From NCBI GenBank assembly GCA_965238175.1, contig CBDEGZ010000003.1, forward strand, positions 3,200,001-3,264,000: a stretch of 64,000 bases of DNA, written 5' to 3'. The position numbers and the translations under genes were made by a program. This DNA comes from Gammaproteobacteria bacterium. GTDB lineage: Bacteria > Pseudomonadota > Gammaproteobacteria > CAJXQU01. The notes under the pieces are model-generated. The model was not told the DNA's origin and did not search any database. It saw nothing but the letters and a program-made list of their open reading frames with translations. Shown in pieces: positions 54,198-63,169 of this stretch (the first letter of the stretch is position 1; each line of letters begins with the position of its first letter).

Positions 54198-55490
54198 GTG
54201 GCTCTCCCTATGTCCAAAGATGTCAATTTATCAAAAAGTACTCTGCAATGCGCTTTCTCATTTAAAGAAAACTTTCGTTCTATTTATACACGTAGAGCAT
54301 CTAATTATGCTTCCATCGATGGCATTCGAGCAGTATCAATTATTCTGGTTTTGATCTTCCATACTTTTTTTGTTTATCAACTCGCACACCCAACTGCAAC
54401 CGTCACTTCAATGATTGATGAACTCGGTGGTTACTGGTCATGGGCTTTAAATGGCGATAAGGGGGTTGATGTCTTCTTTGTTATGAGTGGTTTTTTGATC
54501 ACCGGCATTTTACTCCGGACATATACTAAATCTGGCAATATGAACTTGAAGAACTTTTATATTCGACGTTACTTACGTTTAACACCAGCCTACTATTTTA
54601 CACTCATCGTTTATTGGCTAATGAGTGGTCCTCATAGCGAATGGATCTGGGCAAATTTTCTCTATATCAATAATTTTATCCATTACAGTCATCAGGCCGT
54701 CGGATGGACATGGAGCCTTGCTATTGAAGAGCAATTTTATTTTCTCTATCCACTCATTTTGATCGTAATCCTAAAATACTCAAAATCACCTGGTTACATG
54801 ATGCTATGGTTATTTTTTATCTCAATCGTAGTTCGCTTTGGTATTGTAATGACAGATGATGCGATTCGGACTTCACCAGGCAGTCGAATATATACCGATC
54901 ATGATTATTTTAATCACTTCTTCACAGTACTTTATGACAATCTTCATTCGCGTTTTGGTGGCTTACTGGTAGGTTGTATCACCGCTTATAACTTTCATTT
55001 TCATAAGAAAAAGTTAACTGACTTTTTTAATTCTTCTTTGGGAATAATTACCACAATTTTCGGGATTGGAATTGTGCTTTTCTTTATGGCCTTTGCGAAT
55101 TATTTACCCATCTATGACGAGTATCAAAACCTGCATGTGTTGTATTACATCTTCAACCGAAATATATTCTCCACAGGTATTGGCATCATTATTTTAGCCA
55201 TGTTGTTACAACAACATATGATTGCAAATCTTATAAGACGATTCCTCTCCCTCTCTTTTTGGTATCCGTTTGCGACCTTATCTTATTCGCTTTATTTAAT
55301 TCATTTAGTGGTGATGTCCGTCGCTATACCGACCTTGATCAGTTTAACTATCACGATGCCTGTCGAATATCCGTGGTCGATGGCTGAAACACTCACCTAT
55401 GGATTTTTGATCAGCACCGTATTGAGTATGGCGATAGCGTCGATAATGTATTTGTTTATCGAAAAACCAATCATGAACCTAAGACGCTAA
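54198..55490 (+). CDS. Acyltransferase-3 (OafA-like) membrane O-acyltransferase
   Basis: IDGIRA, GVDVFFVMSGFLI, RRYLRLTP, WSLAIEEQFY, SYSLYLIH, IEKP; no SGNH domain. Start may be ATG 54210. Confidence 0.92.
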   Translation: MALPMSKDVNLSKSTLQCAFSFKENFRSIYTRRASNYASIDGIRAVSIILVLIFHTFFVYQLAHPTATVTSMIDELGGYWSWALNGDKGVDVFFVMSGFLITGILLRTYTKSGNMNLKNFYIRRYLRLTPAYYFTLIVYWLMSGPHSEWIWANFLYINNFIHYSHQAVGWTWSLAIEEQFYFLYPLILIVILKYSKSPGYMMLWLFFISIVVRFGIVMTDDAIRTSPGSRIYTDHDYFNHFFTVLYDNLHSRFGGLLVGCITAYNFHFHKKKLTDFFNSSLGIITTIFGIGIVLFFMAFANYLPIYDEYQNLHVLYYIFNRNIFSTGIGIIILAMLLQQHMIANLIRRFLSLSFWYPFATLSYSLYLIHLVVMSVAIPTLISLTITMPVEYPWSMAETLTYGFLISTVLSMAIASIMYLFIEKPIMNLRR

Positions 55491-55671
55491 GTAAAGGAGC
55501 CGCTGATTAATCCATAAACGTTCAATTTGAGCCCAAAATAATCAATCTCATCGTTGCAAAACTTAGCAATAGTCCCGCTATTACTTGCATTTTGCGCCTT
55601 GGCCTTGATTATTTTGAATCTCAAATTGTTTCGCCTAGAATTAATCAGAGGTTCCCTAAACGAGATCAAAC

Positions 55672-56754
55672 ATGAAAATTTTAAAAAAGATTTTTTATAC
55701 ACTAATCATACTTGTTGTTCTGGGCGCTGGCTTCATTGCTTATCACATGCAATACCACGCAGATATGACGATTGTTGAAGTGATACCTGATGATGAAGAA
55801 AAAGAAATTCAGCGCTCAGTTGATAACTTCTTAGGCATCATAAAAACATTCCAAACAGATATAGCACATCGAGGTGCACACGCTAAAGGTCATGCTTGTG
55901 TAAAAGCATATTTTGATATTAATAAAAATCTTGATCCTGAATTACAACAGGGAATTTTTAAACAAGATGGGAAACGCTTTAAAGCATGGATCCGATTCTC
56001 TAATGGTACACCACGCATTGCAGCTGATTCCGAAAAAGACTCACGCGGTATTGCCATTAAATTATTGAATGTTGTTGAACAAAATAAAACCCAGGAGTTT
56101 TTATTACATAACAGTCCCGCTTTCTTTTCCGTTGATCTAAAAGACTATAATGGTTTAGTTGAAAGTGAAAATAAAATGAAATATTTTTTAGCTGGCTACA
56201 ATCCGTTTAAATGGCGACTACGAGAGCTATCTCACGTTTTGGATACCTTAGCCACCCCATCCTATAGCCCTCTCTGGGATAAATATTTCAGTAACACGGC
56301 GTATAAATTTGGATCAAAAAACGTTAAGTATAAAGTCCAATCCTGCCAGTCTTTAAATCTAGTCAATGTTGATAAAGAACAAGATCAAACTGATGCTGAT
56401 TTTTTACGCAAAACCCTGGCCAGTGAATTAAATGCCAACAACGCTTGCATGCAATTTATGGTTCAAGTTCAAAATCCCAAAAAATATATGCCTATTGAAG
56501 ATCCAAGTGTTTTATGGAAAGAATCGGATTCGCCTTATCAACAAGTTGCAACCATCACTATACTTAAACAAGAAATTGATTCAGCCAAACAGCAGCAATT
56601 TTGTGAAAACTTATCCTTTTCACCCTGGAATGGTTTGGATGAGCATCGCCCAATCGGTGCGCTGAACCGAGTTAGAAAAGTGGTTTATAAAGCAAGCTCT
56701 ATGTATCGGCACCAGTTTAATAAAGTAGAAGTACTTGAATCTTTGAATTGGTGA
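55672..56754 (+). CDS. Small catalase-like haem protein with N-terminal anchor
   Basis: RGAHAKGH (distal His), RFSNG, RGIAIK, LLHNS (distal Asn), FSPW, RKVVY (proximal RxxxY); only 360 aa. Confidence 0.85.
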   Translation: MKILKKIFYTLIILVVLGAGFIAYHMQYHADMTIVEVIPDDEEKEIQRSVDNFLGIIKTFQTDIAHRGAHAKGHACVKAYFDINKNLDPELQQGIFKQDGKRFKAWIRFSNGTPRIAADSEKDSRGIAIKLLNVVEQNKTQEFLLHNSPAFFSVDLKDYNGLVESENKMKYFLAGYNPFKWRLRELSHVLDTLATPSYSPLWDKYFSNTAYKFGSKNVKYKVQSCQSLNLVNVDKEQDQTDADFLRKTLASELNANNACMQFMVQVQNPKKYMPIEDPSVLWKESDSPYQQVATITILKQEIDSAKQQQFCENLSFSPWNGLDEHRPIGALNRVRKVVYKASSMYRHQFNKVEVLESLNW

Positions 56755-56779
56755 TTTTGAAATTTTTTATTAGCCGTAT

Positions 56780-56813
56780 AAAAAAACGAAGATGACATTC
56801 GTCACCCCCGTTT
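56780..56813 (-). terminator. Intrinsic terminator of the HhH/Ig-OmpA operon
   Basis: Minus strand ACGGGGGTGAC-GAAT-GTCATCTTCGT (three G:U pairs) then TTTTTT. Confidence 0.7.
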
Positions 56814-56841
56814 AGTCAAGTCTTTAATCTTACTTACTTTT

Positions 56842-58374
56842 CTACTGATTAGAATAACCTATATTGATTTCCACTCGGCGAGCTTCTGAAGGCTCACCGG
56901 TTCCTGTGGTTTCAACTGGTTTCTCGGAAATAATACGATCAGCAGAAATACCTGCAGCCCTTAACATTTTAACAGCCGTTTTCGCACGTCTTTGAGCCAG
57001 ATCCTGATTATAAAGGGCGTCACCACTAGGATCATGATAACCAGAAACAAATGCTATCGCCCCCGGGTTATTGTTCATATAAGTAACTACGCTATCTAAG
57101 GAATTATTACTGTCATCAGGACTTCCATCCTTATCCACTCCAAAGTAGAGCCGTGCGGCTGGCACAAATGCCGCCCCCAGCTCCAACTCAGCCACAACTT
57201 TCCCGGGCCCGGGAATAAATTGAACAGGCTCAGAAACAACAATCCTACGAGTTGCTATAGATGTGTTTCCTGCACTATCTGTTGCCGAATAAATAAGAAC
57301 ATGAGCGCCAACGCGGCTAGTGTTAACCACACCTTGAGTAATCACTGATAGATTACCATCCGTTGCATCATGCGCTTTTGCCCCAGGATCCGAGTAATTT
57401 TGACCTCTCTCCAAATATTTCACGGGACTATCATTCAAAGTGATAACAGGTGCCGTCGCATCAGCGGCTTCTACAACGACTCTACGCGTTTTTGTCGCAG
57501 CATTTCCAGCTGAGTCAGTAACGTTATAAGAGATTTTATATTCACCTGGCGTATTTGTGTCTACAGTACCCATAGTTGTGACTTTGAGAGCGCCATCATT
57601 TGCATCAACAGCTATTGCACCATGCTCTACATACTGAGAGCCTGATTTCAAATAAATGACTGAAGCATCATTCAAACTAATAATAGGCGCTGCTCTGTCT
57701 GGATCAATAACAACCACTTTACGCATTGCAGTCGAAGTATTTCCAGCCGAATCCGTAGCTAAATAATTAATTGCATATTCACCCGCTGTCCCTGTATCGA
57801 CCATACCTTCAGTTTTTACAGAGATATCACCATCGAGCTCATCAACTGCTGAAACACCTGCTTCTATATACTCTTCACCGGTTTTTAAATATACCGTTGG
57901 CACACCACCCAAAGTAATCAAGGGTGCTGCAGTATCATCAGGATCAGAAACAATCACTTTACGTGTTTCTGTCGCTGTGTTCCCTGCCCCGTCCGTGACG
58001 CTATAGGTGATCATGTATTCTCCAGCAGTTTTAGTATCAACCATACCTCCTGTTGTCACGGCAACATTACCATCAACACCATCAACGGCTCGTGCTCCGG
58101 GGTCAACATATTGTTGACCCGTCGTTAAATGCAAAACAGGATCATTATTTAAGGTAATCAGCGGAGCGATTGTATCTGGTGCCGTGATCAATTTTTCGAC
58201 AGTTTTAACCTCTGTTCTAACTTCAACAGGAACAGGACAAGCCTTACCGCCTGGCCCGTATCCCATAAACCATGTGATCAACAAAAAAAGAAATAACAGT
58301 ATCGCTACAATCCACCACAAACTGCGAAAACCAGCCCAATGGGGTGAGATATATTCTTCGTTATGATTAGTCAT
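56842..58374 (-). CDS. Membrane-anchored protein with four Ig-like (DUF5011-type) repeats and C-terminal OmpA-like domain
   Basis: N-terminal TM; four DxxAPxIxL...YxxTDxAGN repeats; LYFGVD, VSGYHDPSG, NQDLAQRRA, ARRVEI. Confidence 0.88.
   Translation of the reverse strand: MTNHNEEYISPHWAGFRSLWWIVAILLFLFLLITWFMGYGPGGKACPVPVEVRTEVKTVEKLITAPDTIAPLITLNNDPVLHLTTGQQYVDPGARAVDGVDGNVAVTTGGMVDTKTAGEYMITYSVTDGAGNTATETRKVIVSDPDDTAAPLITLGGVPTVYLKTGEEYIEAGVSAVDELDGDISVKTEGMVDTGTAGEYAINYLATDSAGNTSTAMRKVVVIDPDRAAPIISLNDASVIYLKSGSQYVEHGAIAVDANDGALKVTTMGTVDTNTPGEYKISYNVTDSAGNAATKTRRVVVEAADATAPVITLNDSPVKYLERGQNYSDPGAKAHDATDGNLSVITQGVVNTSRVGAHVLIYSATDSAGNTSIATRRIVVSEPVQFIPGPGKVVAELELGAAFVPAARLYFGVDKDGSPDDSNNSLDSVVTYMNNNPGAIAFVSGYHDPSGDALYNQDLAQRRAKTAVKMLRAAGISADRIISEKPVETTGTGEPSEARRVEINIGYSNQ
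57232..58176 (-). repeat. Four tandem about-79-aa Ig-like domain repeats
   Basis: Repeats start DTIAPLITL, DTAAPLITL, DRAAPIISL and DATAPVITL. Confidence 0.85.
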
Positions 58375-58376
58375 GA

Positions 58377-59393
58377 CTATTCCTTACCTCCATCAAGTTC
58401 ATCTTGCCATTTTTTCAGTGCTTGCCATTCATTCTTAGCGGCGAGATCAGATTGTTCCGGCCAAGTACCAGGAACTGCAAGAGAAAAATTTGGCCCTGCT
58501 TTATCCAGAGTTTCTTGAATAGAGGCAACGACTGTACTGGCAAGTTCAGCGTAGGTATGGATACCATCAGCATGTAGTAGTTCATTAATTTTCGGGCCTA
58601 TACCCTCAACGACTGTAAAATCATCTCTATCTCCTTTACGTCTAATTCTAAAACCAGCCGCTTTTGCTTGATCAAGATCCGCAACCGATCCTTTAGGAGC
58701 TGCTGCTAGGCGGTAAGCTTGTAACTCTCCTTCAAGTTCTTGAATCCTTGCAGAATCATTTGAAGATGAACCATTGCCTGAACTGTTTGAAGATGCATCA
58801 GGGTAAACACCACCATCAAGAATATCTTGTAATGCTTTTAGAGCAGGCCAACGGTTTGATGCGGCAAGATTAGCTTGATCAGGCCAAGTGCCAGGGTTAG
58901 CCATCTGATAATTTGAACCTGCCTTGTCTAGAATTTTTTGGATATAAGAAGGATCTGTTTCTGACAATTCTCGGAAGGTATGAATACCATCAGCATGGAT
59001 CAGATCATTAATTTTCGGACCGATACCTTCAATGGCAGTGAAATCATCTTCTTTTTTAATCGTGATTCCAGCCGCTCGAGCTGCAGGCAAATCAATTGCC
59101 GGACCACGTTTCCAAACGTTGATTTCATCCTGGAGTAGATCGATTCTTTTCAAATGTTCCGGATTATCAACTAACTTTTCCACTTCAACTGTCGCAGGTT
59201 TTGTATTTTCGAGTTTTGAAATAAGCGCCAAGTGCTTTGGATTATCAACTATTCTTTCAACTTCAACTTCTTTTTCGACAATCCTTTCTACTGGTGGCTC
59301 TCCATACTTAAGTCGACGCGCAAACCAACCACTGAGTAACCAGCCGATCAAACCGCCAGCCAACCAGGGCCATAACTTACAAAGTAATAACAT
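58377..59393 (-). CDS. Membrane protein with two helix-hairpin-helix (COG3743/DUF4332-like) domains
   Basis: N-terminal TM; DDFTAIEGIGPKI...WPDQANLA and DDFTVVEGIGPKI...WPEQSDLA duplicated domains. Confidence 0.82.
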   Translation of the reverse strand: MLLLCKLWPWLAGGLIGWLLSGWFARRLKYGEPPVERIVEKEVEVERIVDNPKHLALISKLENTKPATVEVEKLVDNPEHLKRIDLLQDEINVWKRGPAIDLPAARAAGITIKKEDDFTAIEGIGPKINDLIHADGIHTFRELSETDPSYIQKILDKAGSNYQMANPGTWPDQANLAASNRWPALKALQDILDGGVYPDASSNSSGNGSSSNDSARIQELEGELQAYRLAAAPKGSVADLDQAKAAGFRIRRKGDRDDFTVVEGIGPKINELLHADGIHTYAELASTVVASIQETLDKAGPNFSLAVPGTWPEQSDLAAKNEWQALKKWQDELDGGKE

Positions 59394-59591
59394 ATTTTTC
59401 TCCCTTTCAGAGATTATTATTGCGTCATCAATATATGCCGATGACGTTCTTATTTTGGTGTTGATTCGTCTATAAGACCTATTCAGGTTTCATTACTATG
59501 TTTTACTAACACCCCTAGTCCATTTCTATAGAACTGGCACCATTTTAAACCCAGCTCTTTCATATTTGTCAAATTTCTGACATCACTGTGT

Positions 59592-61712
59592 CTATTCGAT
59601 TATCGGACTGTCGGTTTTTGAAATGTTTTTTAGCCGTTCCAAAAGATCTAACCAATCTACTTCATGGTTAAATCCTTTGATGTTAAGCCAGGGAGGTAAA
59701 AAACCACGTTTAACAATATAGTAATAACCATTATCTGCTTTCTCGATACCATCCATATAACAAATGGAATCGACCAACTTGCAGCTCAATCCCAATTTCG
59801 AATAGGGAAAATCTTCAAAGATACCAAGCACACCTCTCGAAATGACATTAGCCTCACCGCCTCCGCCAATGCTGGTTAAGTTATCAATCGCACGTTGGCT
59901 GATCCGGTGGTGAGATTTATCATTCTCCGGCGTCCCAAAATAAGCGTCAAAGTTTACAGGTTGCCAGGTGTCAAGACGCATATCATGCATATAACCACTA
60001 AGCTTGCCGGTAATATCACCAAATTCAAACGTTTTGGTAAGAATTCCAAGGTCAAGATTTTCTACAGACAGATCTGCATACAACGTCGGAATAAGATCAA
60101 ATAAACCTTCTATTCTCAGCTTGCTTATTACAATATCTCCGTCAAAAACATTGATATGTAACTGACCCTCACTCGTCAAGTTTCCCTGATGAAATGATAC
60201 TCCCGGTATCTCACCAGAAATATCACCTGCCATAAGTGGCCAGCCTAAGCTCTCAGTAAATTCACTTAAGGTAATCGATGTCAGTTTGCTATTTATGTGG
60301 ACGGAATAATCAGCGAAACCCAGCTCCTTCATCTCAAGTTTATCCACATGAAGCGCGCCATCAAAAACTGGGATAACCATTTTCTCTCGAAGTGACATTG
60401 AGCGTCCTTTAGATGACAACTTCATTTCACTCGCGCCAATATTCATTTTATAAATTGATCCGCCTTGCCACTGCATTGCAGAACCTTTTACGTTTGGATC
60501 ACTATTCAAACGTATATCACCATCCAAACCGGCAACATGAAATCGACCTGCCTTATCTTCAACAAAAACATCTTCCATCATAAGATGAAAATCCGTAATA
60601 CCACTTGCGGACATAATTACTTTTAAATTAGTTTCACCAACAATCTCCAATTGATCGAGTCCACTCCCAAACAGTAAAGGTTGTAAATAAACAGGAAAGA
60701 CTGTTTGCAGATCCTGGGTATTCAATTCAAATGTGAGATCTTCTATAGATGATTCTTTAGGCGGTTCCTTTTTAGAATTAATAATGCCATTAGATTTAAT
60801 CGTCACGACATCGGGGTGATCAAATAACAAGTTATGAATTTTTATTTGATCATGCTGCCAGCTCCCATTTGATGACAAAGTAATTGGCTTCGACTCTGGG
60901 GAAAACAAAAATCCTGGTGAAACTTCACCAATGGTAAAACCGGGTTCTATATAAATGGCACCAGCGATCAATTCCAATATTTCTCTGAAGTGATACTCAG
61001 CACCTTTTTTTTCAACGAAAATGTCTAAACTCGCATCCAGTTCTTCAGCAACGGAGTTACCATCAAAACCAAGAGCAAAAGCTCGCAGGCTTATATTCGC
61101 GGAGCGGAGATTTGTATCCCACCCATTTGCGATCACGTTTAAATTTATGAGCCCTGTTTCATCAGATGTCACATCTGGCAAATCAACAAACGATGTGGCG
61201 ATCTGTTTTAAAGCCGCAACTCCGAGTGATTTTCCTTTAAGCGCAATTTCCCAACGTTTATCCTTCAACTTTAAATCAAGATCAAGGCGACCTTTTGCTA
61301 GCTGCAAATTTTTGATCGAGGCTTCAAGTTGATCATTTTCCTGATCAAATAAGAAATCAAGCTGCCCTTTTAACCTTCCAAGTTGTGCGTGCTTTACAGA
61401 AAGGTTTCCTGATAGACATTCTAGTTTTTTAAACTGCAGATAATATTGATGTGAAGAAACTGGACAGCTTATGGAAATTTGTTTGAGGTCGATCCCTGTA
61501 GCAGACTTTATTTGTTCTATCGAGATCATTAATTCCGGGATGCTTGTAGACGAACTTTCAGGAAAAATCTCAAACTGAAAACGAAGGTTATTAAGTTTCC
61601 AACCAGAAAACTCAGCCTCTTCAATTTCAAAATCAAAAAGATCAAATCCACTGGTTTTTGTAACTAGAACACTTGAAATCAGTAACAAAAAAATCAAGCA
61701 TATTTTTATCAT
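59592..61712 (-). CDS. YdbH/AsmA-like periplasmic beta-rich protein
   Basis: N-terminal hydrophobic segment, long beta-strand pattern, C-terminal FGDITGKLSG, ISQRAIDNL, FPYSKLGLSC. Confidence 0.65.
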   Translation of the reverse strand: MIKICLIFLLLISSVLVTKTSGFDLFDFEIEEAEFSGWKLNNLRFQFEIFPESSSTSIPELMISIEQIKSATGIDLKQISISCPVSSHQYYLQFKKLECLSGNLSVKHAQLGRLKGQLDFLFDQENDQLEASIKNLQLAKGRLDLDLKLKDKRWEIALKGKSLGVAALKQIATSFVDLPDVTSDETGLINLNVIANGWDTNLRSANISLRAFALGFDGNSVAEELDASLDIFVEKKGAEYHFREILELIAGAIYIEPGFTIGEVSPGFLFSPESKPITLSSNGSWQHDQIKIHNLLFDHPDVVTIKSNGIINSKKEPPKESSIEDLTFELNTQDLQTVFPVYLQPLLFGSGLDQLEIVGETNLKVIMSASGITDFHLMMEDVFVEDKAGRFHVAGLDGDIRLNSDPNVKGSAMQWQGGSIYKMNIGASEMKLSSKGRSMSLREKMVIPVFDGALHVDKLEMKELGFADYSVHINSKLTSITLSEFTESLGWPLMAGDISGEIPGVSFHQGNLTSEGQLHINVFDGDIVISKLRIEGLFDLIPTLYADLSVENLDLGILTKTFEFGDITGKLSGYMHDMRLDTWQPVNFDAYFGTPENDKSHHRISQRAIDNLTSIGGGGEANVISRGVLGIFEDFPYSKLGLSCKLVDSICYMDGIEKADNGYYYIVKRGFLPPWLNIKGFNHEVDWLDLLERLKNISKTDSPIIE

Positions 61713-61726
61713 CGATAATCCTTATC

Positions 61727-62644
61727 TCAACCAGGGAAAACTCCAGTGGAAATATATCGATCACCTCGATCACAAACAATAACCGCAATCACCGCATTCT
61801 CTACCTGCTCAGATAAACGCAAAGCAGCCGCAACAGCACCACCGGAAGACACACCACAAAATATCCCTTCCTGTGTACCTAACTGACGCATGGTTTCTTC
61901 TGCCGTTTTTTGATCCATATCGAGTACTTTATCAACACGAGTAGCATCGTATATCTTGGGTAAATATTCTTCAGGCCAACGACGTATTCCTGGAATACTC
62001 GCATCTCCTTCAGGCTGAACACCAATAATCTGAATTTCGGGGTTAACACTTTTCAAATATTTTGACGTTCCCATAATCGTGCCCGTTGTTCCCATCGAAC
62101 TCACAAAATGGGTCAGTTTGCCTTGCGTATCTCGCCACAATTCTGGCCCAGTGCCTTCAAAATGCGCACGCGGATTATCGGGATTAGAAAATTGATCAAG
62201 AACAATACCTTCTCCTTGAGCCTCCATCTGTCTTGAAAGATCAATCGCAGATTCCATACTACCTTCTGCAGGCGTAAGAATTATTTCTGCACCATAGGCT
62301 TTCATCGAGGCACGTCGTTCTTCACTCATATTATCCGGCATGATCAAGATCATACGATAACCTTTGATGGCTGCGGCCATCGCAAGAGCAATGCCCGTAT
62401 TACCACTTGTTGCTTCGATCAAGGTATCACCCGTTTTTATATCGCCGCGTTTTTCAGCATGAAGGATCATACTGAGCGCGGGCCGATCTTTTACTGACCC
62501 AGCGGGATTATCACCTTCCAACTTGACCAGGATTGTATTGCTCGGATGTCCTTGTTTTTTAGGTATCCGTTGTAAGCGTACTAGTGGCGTATTACCAACA
62601 AAATCTTCAATCGTCGGAAAATTATTTAAAAAGGTATTATCCAT
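61727..62644 (-). CDS. cysM: Cysteine synthase B
   Basis: KLEGDNPAGSVKDR, SSMGTTGT, IPGIRRW, CDRGDRY. Confidence 0.97.
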   Translation of the reverse strand: MDNTFLNNFPTIEDFVGNTPLVRLQRIPKKQGHPSNTILVKLEGDNPAGSVKDRPALSMILHAEKRGDIKTGDTLIEATSGNTGIALAMAAAIKGYRMILIMPDNMSEERRASMKAYGAEIILTPAEGSMESAIDLSRQMEAQGEGIVLDQFSNPDNPRAHFEGTGPELWRDTQGKLTHFVSSMGTTGTIMGTSKYLKSVNPEIQIIGVQPEGDASIPGIRRWPEEYLPKIYDATRVDKVLDMDQKTAEETMRQLGTQEGIFCGVSSGGAVAAALRLSEQVENAVIAVIVCDRGDRYISTGVFPG

Positions 62645-62656
62645 ATAATGTATTAC

Positions 62657-63169
62657 TCATATAAATAATTCCTTCGCCATAATGATCGCATCTTCCCGAC
62701 CATCAATCGTCGGATAATAACCTTTGCGTAAACCCACTTCTGAAAAGCCTTCCTCTTCATACAAGTGATATGCAGCTACATTGCTCATTCGCACTTCCAG
62801 AAAAACAGTCGCAGCTTTTTGAATTCGCGAAATTTCTAGTAAGTGATTTAACAATATTCGTCCCAAACCATAACGACGATAATCTTTCCTTATACAAATA
62901 TTTAAGATATGCGCCTCACCAACTGCGGCCGTCATGACACCATAACCAACAATTCTCTGAGCATATTCAAGCACCCAACAGCCATAGCCAACTTTCAAAC
63001 AATCCTTATAAATGGTTTCTTTCCACGGAAATTCATAAGACACCATCTCAATCTCCATCACACTATCAATATCTTCTAATTGCATGGGTCGAATATCTGA
63101 TAAAACAAGATTGCTGGCGGTACTCATATTTCCCCCATCAGAGACTTTGCTAATAATAAATCTTCCCAT
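62657..63169 (-). CDS. rimI: Ribosomal protein alanine N-acetyltransferase
   Basis: FPW, EAHILNICI, FLEVRMSN, RKGYY, REDA. True start may be the later MSTAS ATG overlapping the UDG stop. Confidence 0.93.
   Translation of the reverse strand: MGRFIISKVSDGGNMSTASNLVLSDIRPMQLEDIDSVMEIEMVSYEFPWKETIYKDCLKVGYGCWVLEYAQRIVGYGVMTAAVGEAHILNICIRKDYRRYGLGRILLNHLLEISRIQKAATVFLEVRMSNVAAYHLYEEEGFSEVGLRKGYYPTIDGREDAIIMAKELFI

Noticed and set aside
55487-55778. Small ORFs between the acyltransferase and the catalase-like gene
   Set aside because: They overlap the catalase-like gene start and show no homology cues; probably an intergenic or promoter region.
57232-58176. CRISPR-like or mobile DNA repeats
   Set aside because: The repeats are diverged in-frame protein domains with no repeat-spacer structure, and no cas or transposase genes are in the window.
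59535-59550. Sigma-54-like TGGCAC
   Set aside because: No GC at the -12 position, and it points away from the nearby gene start.
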